Source of the DNA: Minisyncoccota bacterium
GTDB lineage: Bacteria > Patescibacteriota > Minisyncoccia > Phycocordibacterales > SBAW01
Direction of reading: 5' to 3'
Length of the DNA: 47,070 nucleotides
Assembly (NCBI GenBank): GCA_035549255.1
Contig: DASZRD010000009.1
Coordinates: 1 to 47,070, forward strand
Shown here: positions 9,234 through 17,224 of the stretch, in pieces
How positions within the stretch are numbered: position 1 is the first letter of the stretch
Layout of the letters: each line of letters starts with the position of its first letter
The notes under the pieces: model-generated
Seen by the model: only the letters and a program-made list of their open reading frames with translations
Database searches by the model: none
What the model was told of the DNA's origin: nothing
Made by a program: the position numbers and the translations under genes

Positions 9234-10256
9234 ATGCGCCTACTTGTCTGCACCCAAGTGCTCGATCGTAATGACCCGTACCTCGGATTCTTCCATGCAT
9301 GGGTCGAAGAGCTCTCAACGCATTTCGAGAAGATAACGGTTATTTGCCTCAAGGAGGGGAGTCATGCGTTGCCGGAGAATGTGCGCGTGTTGAGCCTCGG
9401 TAAAGAAAATAATTCCTCGCGTCCCGCGCGCCTGTGGCGGCTCTTGCACTATGCGGCAAGCCACCGCGGCGAGTATGATGCCGTGTTTGTGCATATGAAC
9501 CAGGAATATATTCTTGCCGCGGGATGGCTTTGGAAATTCTTTGGCAAGCGTATATATCTGTGGCGAAACCACTACGCGGGCAGCGTACTTACTGATATTG
9601 CTGCGGCATTTTGCACAAAAGTATTTTGCACGTCGAAGTTTTCTTACACGGCTAAGTATGCCAAGACTGAGCTTATGCCGATCGGGGTCAACACAACGCT
9701 CTACCGGGATACAGGAGCTGTGCGCAAGCCGCGGTCGATACTCTTTTATGCACGCATGTCGCCAAGCAAGCGGCCGGACATCCTTGTCGAAGCGCTCGGT
9801 CTATTGCAACAAAGGGGAGTTGCATTCGTGGCTGATATCTACGGTACGCCGCTTCACAAAGATGAGGAATTTTTGGCAAAGCTCAAGCGCCGCGTCGAAG
9901 GTCTTGGCTTTGCGGATGTCGTGACGTTCTATCCCGGCACGGCACCGGCGGATGGGCCGGCGATATTCTCCGCGCACGAAATCTTCGTCAACCTTGGCGC
10001 AAGCGGCATGTACGACAAGACGCTCTTCGAGGCCGCAGCGTGCGAATGCTTGGTTGTAGCTGCGAGCAAGGATTGGACCGATCTTGTCGACGGTACTGTT
10101 GTTACGGACGAGATTTCTCTCGCTGGTATCCTCGAAAAAGAACTCTCGCTTACTGAATCTGAAAAACAGGCACAGAAAGCTTCGCTTCGCCGCGCGGTAG
10201 AGGATAACAGCCTCGAGAAGCTCGGTGAACGGCTCGCAAGTGCATTGCGCGCGTAG
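9234..10256 (+). CDS. GT-B fold glycosyltransferase
   Basis: N-terminus MRLLVCTQVLDRNDPYLGFFHAWVEEL. The size and the C-terminal GASGMYDKTLFEAAACECLVVA block resemble GT4-type enzymes. Confidence 0.7.
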   Translation: MRLLVCTQVLDRNDPYLGFFHAWVEELSTHFEKITVICLKEGSHALPENVRVLSLGKENNSSRPARLWRLLHYAASHRGEYDAVFVHMNQEYILAAGWLWKFFGKRIYLWRNHYAGSVLTDIAAAFCTKVFCTSKFSYTAKYAKTELMPIGVNTTLYRDTGAVRKPRSILFYARMSPSKRPDILVEALGLLQQRGVAFVADIYGTPLHKDEEFLAKLKRRVEGLGFADVVTFYPGTAPADGPAIFSAHEIFVNLGASGMYDKTLFEAAACECLVVAASKDWTDLVDGTVVTDEISLAGILEKELSLTESEKQAQKASLRRAVEDNSLEKLGERLASALRA

Positions 10257-10275
10257 CGGGTATACTTATCTTTAT

Positions 10276-10638
10276 ATGGCATACGTATTTTTACTCCTCG
10301 CATTTGTCATCAACGCGCTCGCGAGCATTCTGCTCAAGGTAGACGCGGCCTCGGCGCCGCTCTCGCTCGACAGGGGGTTCGGCGCGCTTATTGTCGAACA
10401 CAAGCTTCTCATCGCGGGGCTCGCGGCCTTCGGTGTCAATGTCATCCTCTACTGGCTCGCGCTCAAATCGCTGCCGCTCACGGTCGCGTACCCGGTTATG
10501 GTGGGCGGGAGCTTCGTCATCGTGCTCGGCTACGCGGCGCTGGCGCTCCACGAGGGGATAACCCTCTGGCAGCTCATGGGCTACGTACTTATTTTCGTCG
10601 GTATTCTTCTCGTACTCCTCAAAGGCTCGCAGGCGTAA
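10276..10638 (+). CDS. SMR/EamA-like 4-TM small membrane transporter (ArnE/ArnF size class, possible lipid-linked sugar flippase)
   Basis: 120 aa with four hydrophobic helices: MAYVFLLLAFVINALASILLK ... LPLTVAYPVMVGGSFVIVLGY ... LMGYVLIFVGILLVLL. The ATG at 10276 avoids overlap with the upstream GT. Confidence 0.65.
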   Translation: MAYVFLLLAFVINALASILLKVDAASAPLSLDRGFGALIVEHKLLIAGLAAFGVNVILYWLALKSLPLTVAYPVMVGGSFVIVLGYAALALHEGITLWQLMGYVLIFVGILLVLLKGSQA

Positions 10639-10643
10639 GGATA

Positions 10644-10672
10644 TTGACAAATATTATTTATTAATGTACAAA
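10644..10672 (+). promoter_or_regulatory. candidate sigma70-type promoter (TTGACA-17-TACAAA)
   Basis: Perfect -35 TTGACA at 10644-10649, a 17-nt AT-rich spacer, then TACAAA at 10667-10672. It lies about 40 nt upstream of a strong RBS. Confidence 0.45.
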
Positions 10673-10713
10673 GAATAAGGAAAATTCAACGAGGAATCCT
10701 AGGAGGAGATCCG

Positions 10714-10875
10714 ATGCTTCAGTTGGCTATTATTACTGGTTCTGCAAGCGTGGTGTTCGGCGGCGGCGTCTGGCAGGCAGCGAAAGCACAAAATGCTATA
10801 GCTGCCACTGGGCTGGCCGTGATAGGAATTACGGCAACTGCAGCGGCCCTGTTTTTCGGCCATCTATCTGTCTAA
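10714..10875 (+). CDS. unlisted 53-aa two-helix membrane peptide
   Basis: Consensus RBS AGGAGG at 10701-10706 sits 7 nt before the ATG. Translation: MLQLAIITGSASVVFGGGVWQAAKAQNAIAATGLAVIGITATAAALFFGHLSV. It is followed by an intrinsic terminator and is below the ORF-track length cut-off. Confidence 0.6.
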   Translation: MLQLAIITGSASVVFGGGVWQAAKAQNAIAATGLAVIGITATAAALFFGHLSV

Positions 10876-10893
10876 GACAAATTTCTGTCTCCA

Positions 10894-10935
10894 CCGGCAG
10901 CGCGTCCTCTTGACGCACTGCCGGTTTCTGTTGTT
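10894..10935 (+). terminator. rho-independent terminator
   Basis: Stem CCGGCAGCGCGTC / GACGCACTGCCGG (13 bp with one mismatch), loop CTCTT, then TTTCTGTTGTT. Confidence 0.7.
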
Positions 10936-10968
10936 CTAAAAGTGTTTTTGTAGTACAACGATGCTGTC

Positions 10969-12222
10969 ATGCGTTTGCAGGATATCAGCGGTATCAAGGG
11001 CGCAACCATCATACTCGACATCGACGGCACGCTTACCGTGCCGGGCGGCACGATTGTTGACCCGGTGCTTGTCGCGGTTGCCGCCAAATTGCGCGAGCAC
11101 AACGACGTATACCTCCTCTCCAACCGCGGCGACCATAAGCGCGACGCCCTTATTGCCGCGAGCTTGGGCATCGACTATATAACGACTCCGTTTCGCAAGC
11201 CGCATCCGGCCACGCTGCGTGGCGTTACGCGCAAAGAGACGCTCGTCGTCATCGGCGACAAGGTGCTTACCGACGGGCTGCTTGCGCTCTTTACTCGCGC
11301 GCGGTTTATCCGCGTCGAGCGGCTCGTCGGCGAGCGCGACGGTATGGCCGATCGTATCGCGCACGCGATAGACGACGTCGTTGCGTACGCCTGGAATGCG
11401 CTCCACCTGATGCGCCCGACCCAATGGGTCAAGAACGTGCTTGTCTTCGCGCCGCTCTTCTTCGCGCGCGAATTTTTTAACCCCTCGATCCTTTCTGCGA
11501 CAACTGCGGCGTTCGTAGCTTTCTGTTTTATCGCGAGCGCGGGGTATATCGTCAACGACGTACTCGATGTTGCCGCCGATCGGCTGCATCCGCACAAGAA
11601 GTACCGCCCGCTCGCGATGGGTTCGGTCACGGTCGGTATGGCGCTTGCGCTCTCCGCCGCACTCGCGCTCGCGGCGCTCGGCTTCCTTTTCATATACGCG
11701 CCGGGCGCGATCCTTATCAGCATTATCTACGGCATCTCCTCTGTCGCGTATAGCACCTACTTCAAGCGCGTACCGGTGATCGAAATGCTCGGCTTCATCT
11801 GGTTCTACTTCGCGCGGGTGCTTGCGGGAAGCATGGCGGGGAATGTGCCGCTCTCGGCGTGGATCGTGCTCGCGATCATCTTCCTCGCGCTGTTCCTCGT
11901 TGCCGCCAAACGCTACGCGGAGAAGACGCTTGGCCGCAGCCGCAGCGTGCTCGCTGCATACCCCGAGCGCTTCCTCGAGGGGCTACTTTTCCTCAGCGCG
12001 GGGCTGGTCGTCGTTTTCTACGGCGTCTACAGCGTGCTGGGCGTCGCCTCGCCGATCGCGGTCTACTCGGCAATCCCCGTACTCGCCGCTATACTCCGCT
12101 ATCTCCAGTTGGCATTTACAGGGCAGGCGGCAGAGTATCCCGAGCAGCTCCTCCTGCGCGACCGCGGGCTCCAGATAGCGGGCATAGCATGGTTTCTCAT
12201 CATGCTCGCGGTCTTCTATTGA
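10969..12222 (+). CDS. fusion protein: YqeG-type HAD-IIIA phosphatase domain + UbiA-superfamily polyprenyl-phosphate phosphoribosyltransferase-like domain
   Basis: N-terminal HAD motifs occur in order: ILDIDGT, LLSN, RKPHP, IGDKVLTD. The C-terminal multi-TM part has WVKNVLVFAPLFFA and NDVLDVAADRLHPHKKYRPLA (UbiA Asp-rich motif, DPPR-synthase-like). Confidence 0.8.
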   Translation: MRLQDISGIKGATIILDIDGTLTVPGGTIVDPVLVAVAAKLREHNDVYLLSNRGDHKRDALIAASLGIDYITTPFRKPHPATLRGVTRKETLVVIGDKVLTDGLLALFTRARFIRVERLVGERDGMADRIAHAIDDVVAYAWNALHLMRPTQWVKNVLVFAPLFFAREFFNPSILSATTAAFVAFCFIASAGYIVNDVLDVAADRLHPHKKYRPLAMGSVTVGMALALSAALALAALGFLFIYAPGAILISIIYGISSVAYSTYFKRVPVIEMLGFIWFYFARVLAGSMAGNVPLSAWIVLAIIFLALFLVAAKRYAEKTLGRSRSVLAAYPERFLEGLLFLSAGLVVVFYGVYSVLGVASPIAVYSAIPVLAAILRYLQLAFTGQAAEYPEQLLLRDRGLQIAGIAWFLIMLAVFY

Positions 12223-12246
12223 CTTTTTTATAAAGTTGGTTAAAAT
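12219..12246 (+). promoter_or_regulatory. candidate sigma70-type promoter (TTGACT-16-TAAAAT)
   Basis: TTGACT at 12219-12224 overlaps the upstream stop codon and TAAAAT is at 12241-12246. RBS GGAGG at 12271-12275 precedes the ATG at 12285. Confidence 0.55.
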
Positions 12247-12284
12247 ATATTCGGATTTTGGCATCGAAATGGAGGTACTGATTC

Positions 12285-12896
12285 ATGCTCGTCCCGGCGC
12301 ATTCTCGCGCATGGCTTGAATGGCAGCTTGCCAGGCGGCCGTTCGTACCGAAGCAATCGCCGCTTTCCTCGCTCGGCTCGGCTGTGGCGGTGATCGCGGT
12401 ACCCTTCAACTGTTATCTGCACGAGCAGCCGCCCGACGCATCCAACCAGAAGATTGCGGAAATTGCTGCAAAGTACATGGAGATCTGCAGTCTTCCTTTC
12501 TTCGGCCAGTGGGAACACACGTCGCTCCTGCGGGAATTCCAGTTGAAGGGCAAGCTGAGCGCTGTTCGCATCGAAGAGTTCCAAAGCTCGAACGGCGAGC
12601 GCGTGATGTCGCAACGCCTGGTCAAGTGGCAGGCACAGCAAGTGCTTGGCTGCGGCAAGGGCGGCAATAAGGTGATTCTCGTCGGCATGCCCGAGCATCT
12701 CGGACGCGTCAAGATCCTGTGCGAATATTTCGGGCTCGACCCGCGCATCCCCGCGGACTGCATGGATGTTCCGTACGACCCGTCTGCGCGCTCCGGCGCT
12801 CAGGATTGGTGCAAGTCGTGGGAAGCGTTTTCGCGCTATGAAGTGACGACCGGCCGGCTCGGCACGATTGCCTATGCTCTGCTCGGTCTGGTCTGA
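12285..12896 (+). CDS. hypothetical protein (weak DUF218/YdcF/SanA-like resemblance)
   Basis: Good RBS. KVILVGMPEHLGRVKILCEYFGL loosely resembles the DUF218 block (VTsxxHmxRAxxxfxxxG). The family call is tentative. Confidence 0.6.
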   Translation: MLVPAHSRAWLEWQLARRPFVPKQSPLSSLGSAVAVIAVPFNCYLHEQPPDASNQKIAEIAAKYMEICSLPFFGQWEHTSLLREFQLKGKLSAVRIEEFQSSNGERVMSQRLVKWQAQQVLGCGKGGNKVILVGMPEHLGRVKILCEYFGLDPRIPADCMDVPYDPSARSGAQDWCKSWEAFSRYEVTTGRLGTIAYALLGLV

Positions 12897-12912
12897 TCTG
12901 CTCGGCTTCTTT

Positions 12913-12949
12913 TGGACGGCGCTTCTTCAGCGCCGTCCATTTTCTTTTG
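12913..12949 (+). terminator. rho-independent terminator
   Basis: Perfect 11-bp stem TGGACGGCGCT / AGCGCCGTCCA, loop TCTTC, then TTTTCTTTTG. Confidence 0.85.
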
Positions 12950-12958
12950 TGGTATAGT
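12950..12958 (+). promoter_or_regulatory. extended -10 element TGGTATAGT, 9 nt upstream of the start codon (near-leaderless arrangement)
   Basis: TGnTATAGT sits directly after the terminator. There is no Shine-Dalgarno sequence between it and the ATG at 12968. Confidence 0.5.
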
Positions 12959-12967
12959 GCCTCACGT

Positions 12968-14002
12968 ATGCGATTTTTCATCACCGGTGGGGCGGGGTTT
13001 CTTGGTATCAATCTGACGCGGCATCTGCTGAAGTCGGGCCACCAGGTGCGCTCGTACGACCTCATGCCTTTTGATTACCCGGAGAAGGACCAGGTCAGCG
13101 TCGTTACGGGCGACATCCGCGACTATGCCGCGCTCGCGGCCGCCATGGAGGGCGCCGACGTCGTCGTGCACACCGCCGCGGCGCTGCCGCTCTACAAGGC
13201 CGAAGATATCCGCAGTACCGATATCGACGGCACGCGCAACGTGCTGCGCGCCGCGAAGGCTAACAACATCCCGCGCGTCGTGCACATCTCATCGACCGCG
13301 GTGTACGGCATCCCCGACCATCACCCGCTCTTTGAGGACGACAAGCTCGACGGCGTCGGCGAGTACGGCAAGGCCAAGATTGCCGCGGAAGAGCTGTGCC
13401 GCGAATACCGCGCGCAGGGAATGATCGTGCCGATTATCAGGCCCAAATCATTCGTCGGGCCCGAGCGCCTCGGCGTCTTCGCGCTCTTCTACGACTGGGC
13501 GGCGGATGGGCACAACTTCCCGATGATCGGCTCCGGCCGCAACCGCTACCAACTCCTCGACGTCGAGGATCTTTGCGAGGCAATTTCGCTCGCCTCGACG
13601 CTTCCGGCCGACCGCGCTAATGACACGTTCAATATCGGCGCCAAGGAATTCACAACCATGAAGGAAGATTATCAGGCCGTGCTCGACCGCGCCGGCTTCG
13701 GCAAGCATATCGTCGGGCTTCCTGCGGCGCCGGCCATTTGGACGCTCAGGTTCCTCGAGATGCTCCACCTCTCGCCGCTCTACAAGTGGGTCTACGAGAC
13801 CGCAAGCAAAGACAGCTTCGTCTCTATAGACCGCGCCAAGCTCAAGCTTGGCTACGCGCCAAAATATTCCAACAAGCAGGCGCTCGTGCGCAACTACGAC
13901 TGGTATCTCTCCAAGCGCGAGAGCTTCAAGGGCGAGAGCGGCGTCACGCACCGCGTGCCGTGGAAGCAGGGCATACTCTCGGTCGCGAAGCTCTTCTTCT
14001 AA
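12968..14002 (+). CDS. NAD-dependent epimerase/dehydratase (extended SDR)
   Basis: Motifs MRFFITGGAGFLGINLTRHLL, VVHTAA, SSTAVYG and catalytic YGKAK. Confidence 0.85.
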   Translation: MRFFITGGAGFLGINLTRHLLKSGHQVRSYDLMPFDYPEKDQVSVVTGDIRDYAALAAAMEGADVVVHTAAALPLYKAEDIRSTDIDGTRNVLRAAKANNIPRVVHISSTAVYGIPDHHPLFEDDKLDGVGEYGKAKIAAEELCREYRAQGMIVPIIRPKSFVGPERLGVFALFYDWAADGHNFPMIGSGRNRYQLLDVEDLCEAISLASTLPADRANDTFNIGAKEFTTMKEDYQAVLDRAGFGKHIVGLPAAPAIWTLRFLEMLHLSPLYKWVYETASKDSFVSIDRAKLKLGYAPKYSNKQALVRNYDWYLSKRESFKGESGVTHRVPWKQGILSVAKLFF

Positions 14003-14010
14003 TATCGCCT

Positions 14011-15084
14011 ATGCGCCTTTCTCTACGCGATGGCGCAGTTGTTCTTGCGATACTCTACGTCATCGTGTCTTCAATAGCGTTCGCCTGTGGGATACATAAA
14101 GACATCTCAACGGAACCCGACAAGGATCGCACCTATTATCAGGAGTTCTATACCCACATTTGGCATGCCGGCCTCCTGCAGCATCCCTCCAGCCCACCTA
14201 ATGGCACCAATATAATCTATGGCGGCCCCGACGGTGCCGCAGGCTTCAACGCGGCAATACACTTCGAGCCGATAAAATATGTCGCTGCTGCAGTATTTGA
14301 TGCTTTCGGCACGATACATGCGGTTGAGATTTTCTATATACTCCTGTTTTTTATGCCGTTGCTGTATGGGGCGTATCTGCTCCGCAGCGGCACGGGCGGC
14401 GTCGTACTCTTCGTGTGCATGGCCGCCTATGCCATATCTCCTGCCGCCCTACCGACTGCAGTCGACGACCTGCGCCCCTACATTGCACTCCTCCCTGCGC
14501 TGCTCATGTTCTTTATCTCGGTGCGGTATGCTCGGCCAGCGCGGGAGCAGCTACTATTCCTCAACCTGCTCCTTGCCGTGCGCGAGGAAGGGCTGTTCCT
14601 CGCGCTGCCGGTGCTGGCGTATACGCTGGCGCGCGACTACCTGGCAAGAGGCTCAACCTCCCGCACCAACATGCTGCTCTGTGCCAATTGGCTTGCATGG
14701 CTGGGCATCGAGTCGGCGTACTATACGTGGCTCAGCGCGTATTACTCTGTCCGGGGCGGCTGGCTCGCGCTCTACCGGCTTGCCGCCCATCGTTGGTATA
14801 TTGCCGCTGCTCTTTGCGCTATGCTTGCTGGATTGGCGTATGGCTTCCGGCGGGTTGTGTTGAGAGTCAAGTATCTTCCCGAATTGCTGCTCGCCGGACC
14901 CTTCGTGGCAGCACTGCTGGCTTCGCCGTTTTTAGGCCTATCGCAGCCGCCTGGCTCGCCGGGGTTCCTGATCCAGGACCTCTCCGGCCGCTTCGGCATA
15001 GCATTGACCGTGACGGCGCTTATGATCGCGCTTGCGTGCTCTCCAAATGGAAGTGCCGAGAACAGGCGCGGGTATCTAGCGTAA
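14011..15084 (+). CDS. polytopic integral membrane protein, function unknown (possibly DUF2079/GT-C-like)
   Basis: The ATG at 14011 follows the SDR stop. The upstream part of the listed 13738 ORF overlaps the SDR gene in another frame. About 9 hydrophobic segments. An IHFEPIKYV block resembles DUF2079, but weakly. Confidence 0.6.
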   Translation: MRLSLRDGAVVLAILYVIVSSIAFACGIHKDISTEPDKDRTYYQEFYTHIWHAGLLQHPSSPPNGTNIIYGGPDGAAGFNAAIHFEPIKYVAAAVFDAFGTIHAVEIFYILLFFMPLLYGAYLLRSGTGGVVLFVCMAAYAISPAALPTAVDDLRPYIALLPALLMFFISVRYARPAREQLLFLNLLLAVREEGLFLALPVLAYTLARDYLARGSTSRTNMLLCANWLAWLGIESAYYTWLSAYYSVRGGWLALYRLAAHRWYIAAALCAMLAGLAYGFRRVVLRVKYLPELLLAGPFVAALLASPFLGLSQPPGSPGFLIQDLSGRFGIALTVTALMIALACSPNGSAENRRGYLA

Positions 15085-16722
15085 TTTATACACGGCAACC
15101 GTCGGCCCAAGCAGCTTATCGGAGAAAAAGAACGGCAGCGGCGTAATAAAGAAGCTGTGTGCTACTGAGAACGAGTTGCCGAAGCCGTCCCATTGCGCGA
15201 CGAGCTTGCCTTGCGCGGCGAGTTGGGAGAGCTGGCTTGCGACCGCAGGATCGCTTATATCCGCGGGCGTATATATGAGGTAGTCATATCCCTCGGCCTT
15301 GGCATATGCGGCAAGATTATCGAGGAAATGCTCGTTGTCGACTGCGTAGAGATTCAACGCATAGGGAACGCCGAGATTAAGGGCAGCTTCTGCTTGATCG
15401 GTCTTGCGTACGGCGGCAGGGTCGATGTTATTGAGCTCTTGCGTCGAGGAGGCGGTTACGGGGAAGCGCATAAGCTCGCCGTATACGAGCACTTTGTCCG
15501 CGGGATCGAGCGTGAGCTCCCATTGTCGCGCGAGCTGCCGCGTGTCGCCCTGGTATGCAAGCCATGACAGCCGGAGCGAGGCGACGAGCGGTACAAGCAA
15601 TACTAGCAGGAACAGTATGGCCACCGGCTTCCATTGCCGGCACAAATTCCATAAGAATCCGCCGAGCAGCGCATACAAAGGTACGAGCGGCAGCAGGAAA
15701 CGGGGCTCGAATATCGCCAGGCAATAAAACAGCAGCGAGTAGAAGATAAAGAACGAAACGAAGAACGCGAACCATCGCCGCTTTTCAAACCACAATGCCG
15801 TCGCTCCCAGTACGGCGAGGCCTGCAAGCACCGGCTCCGCAAGGCCATGGGTTCTGAGCGCGGAAAGGGGGCTGGCGAGTATGCCGCCCAGGGAAGTATA
15901 TTGATGCAGTTCAAATACGCCGCCGAGGAAGCCCTGGCTGTAGGGGTATATGAGGGAAGGCAGGGGCGCTAAGATAATGAATGCGGCAGCGCCGGCAAGT
16001 ATCCACCGGTCGCGTAGCGCGTCTTTGAAGCTGAGATGTCCGATCGTAAAGAACCAGAACGCGAGAAGGACTACGGTTACTGAGGAAAAGGTTGAGATAC
16101 CCATTCCCAGGCCTGCGGTAAGAAGCGAATAGCATATGCGCTTGTTCTCCGGTATGCGCTCGCGAGTCAGGATGTAGAGCACGATAACAAATAGCAGGGA
16201 GATAGGCAGCCAGTGCCTGCCGACCATGGAGAGGCTTTCGTGGATGAGGCTTGTCGCGAGCAGGAATGCGCTGACCGCCGCGCCTCCTCGCGACTTAAAG
16301 ATGGTATACGAGATCTGGTATACCAGCCACACCGAGGCGGCGCCGAGCAAGGCGCTGATGAGCCGCGCTGCCATGAAGAAGTATGACAGGTCGCTCATTA
16401 CATGCGGGATGAAAAGCGTGCCATGCCAGAAAACGTACTGGATACCGATGATCGCGGCAAAGGGAATCAGGTAAAGGTAGCTCAGGTAGGGAGGATAGTA
16501 GAGTATGTTTTTAAATGCATCCGCGTGCAGCGCCGGAATGATGGTGTGAGTCTGAAGCATTTGCAGGGCTCCCAGCGTGAAGGGAGGCTCGTCATCGACG
16601 AGGGTTAGCGGGAGGCCGTAATGCACTCCTGCTATACGCAGCAAGAATGCAAGCCCGACGATAATCCAGATGACGGAGCCGGACTCAACCCATAAGCGTA
16701 TTCGAAATACAAGCTGCTGCAT
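15076..16722 (-). CDS. GT-C fold glycosyltransferase (GT39/GT83, PMT/ArnT-like)
   Basis: The first-loop acidic motif GLPLTLVDDEPPFTLG follows TM1. About 12 TM helices are followed by a soluble C-terminal domain. Confidence 0.8.
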   Translation of the reverse strand: MQQLVFRIRLWVESGSVIWIIVGLAFLLRIAGVHYGLPLTLVDDEPPFTLGALQMLQTHTIIPALHADAFKNILYYPPYLSYLYLIPFAAIIGIQYVFWHGTLFIPHVMSDLSYFFMAARLISALLGAASVWLVYQISYTIFKSRGGAAVSAFLLATSLIHESLSMVGRHWLPISLLFVIVLYILTRERIPENKRICYSLLTAGLGMGISTFSSVTVVLLAFWFFTIGHLSFKDALRDRWILAGAAAFIILAPLPSLIYPYSQGFLGGVFELHQYTSLGGILASPLSALRTHGLAEPVLAGLAVLGATALWFEKRRWFAFFVSFFIFYSLLFYCLAIFEPRFLLPLVPLYALLGGFLWNLCRQWKPVAILFLLVLLVPLVASLRLSWLAYQGDTRQLARQWELTLDPADKVLVYGELMRFPVTASSTQELNNIDPAAVRKTDQAEAALNLGVPYALNLYAVDNEHFLDNLAAYAKAEGYDYLIYTPADISDPAVASQLSQLAAQGKLVAQWDGFGNSFSVAHSFFITPLPFFFSDKLLGPTVAVYKLR

Positions 16723-16774
16723 GGCAATGGCAATACTATACCGGGTAGGATACTATAACGCCATACTCATACTT

Positions 16775-17224
16775 ATGAAACCCCTCGCGAGGCGCTTCTC
16801 GCTGTTTATCCAGGTTGGAATCGTTGGCGCTATGGGTGCGGTTATCCAAGAATGCCTCTTGTTCGCGCTCGTGCGATGGTGCGGGCTGCACCCCGTGCTC
16901 GCTAATACAATCGCAGCAGAGACGGCGATCATCTGCAACTTTACCGTTAATAACTTGTGGACATTCGGCAATGTCAGCGCGCACATCCTCCCCAAACGTT
17001 TTGCTATCTTCAATGCGAGCGCGTTGGTATCGATCGGTATTCAGGCGCTTGTGGTCTGGGCGGGGATTCGCTTCCTAAGCTCGGAATGGTATCTGGTGTA
17101 TGCCGGCATCGGAATTTTTATAGGGTTGCTGTTCAATTATGTACTGTATACTCGGGTAATTTGGAGAAGGGGAGCGAGCGCATCCCATGACGCCGAACCC
17201 GAGCCAAAGCCTGAATCCGCATGA
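16775..17224 (+). CDS. GtrA family membrane protein (putative polyprenyl-P-sugar flippase)
   Basis: FSLFIQVGIVGAMGAVIQECLLFALV ... ETAIICNFTVNNLWTFG is the typical GtrA pattern. The ATG at 16775 leaves a 52-bp divergent promoter region. Confidence 0.8.
   Translation: MKPLARRFSLFIQVGIVGAMGAVIQECLLFALVRWCGLHPVLANTIAAETAIICNFTVNNLWTFGNVSAHILPKRFAIFNASALVSIGIQALVVWAGIRFLSSEWYLVYAGIGIFIGLLFNYVLYTRVIWRRGASASHDAEPEPKPESA

Noticed and set aside
13738-14010. N-terminal 91 codons of the listed 13738..15084 ORF. Similar upstream extensions occur at 3518, 8304, 10225, 16670, 17831, 21430, 26019, 28666, 31025, 34844 and 42633.
   Set aside because: The extensions overlap the 3' end of the preceding well-supported gene in another frame and translate to Arg/Ala/Pro-rich non-membrane sequence. 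Internal ATGs placed right after the upstream stop give sensible N-termini such as signal peptides, Rossmann motifs or TM1 helices.
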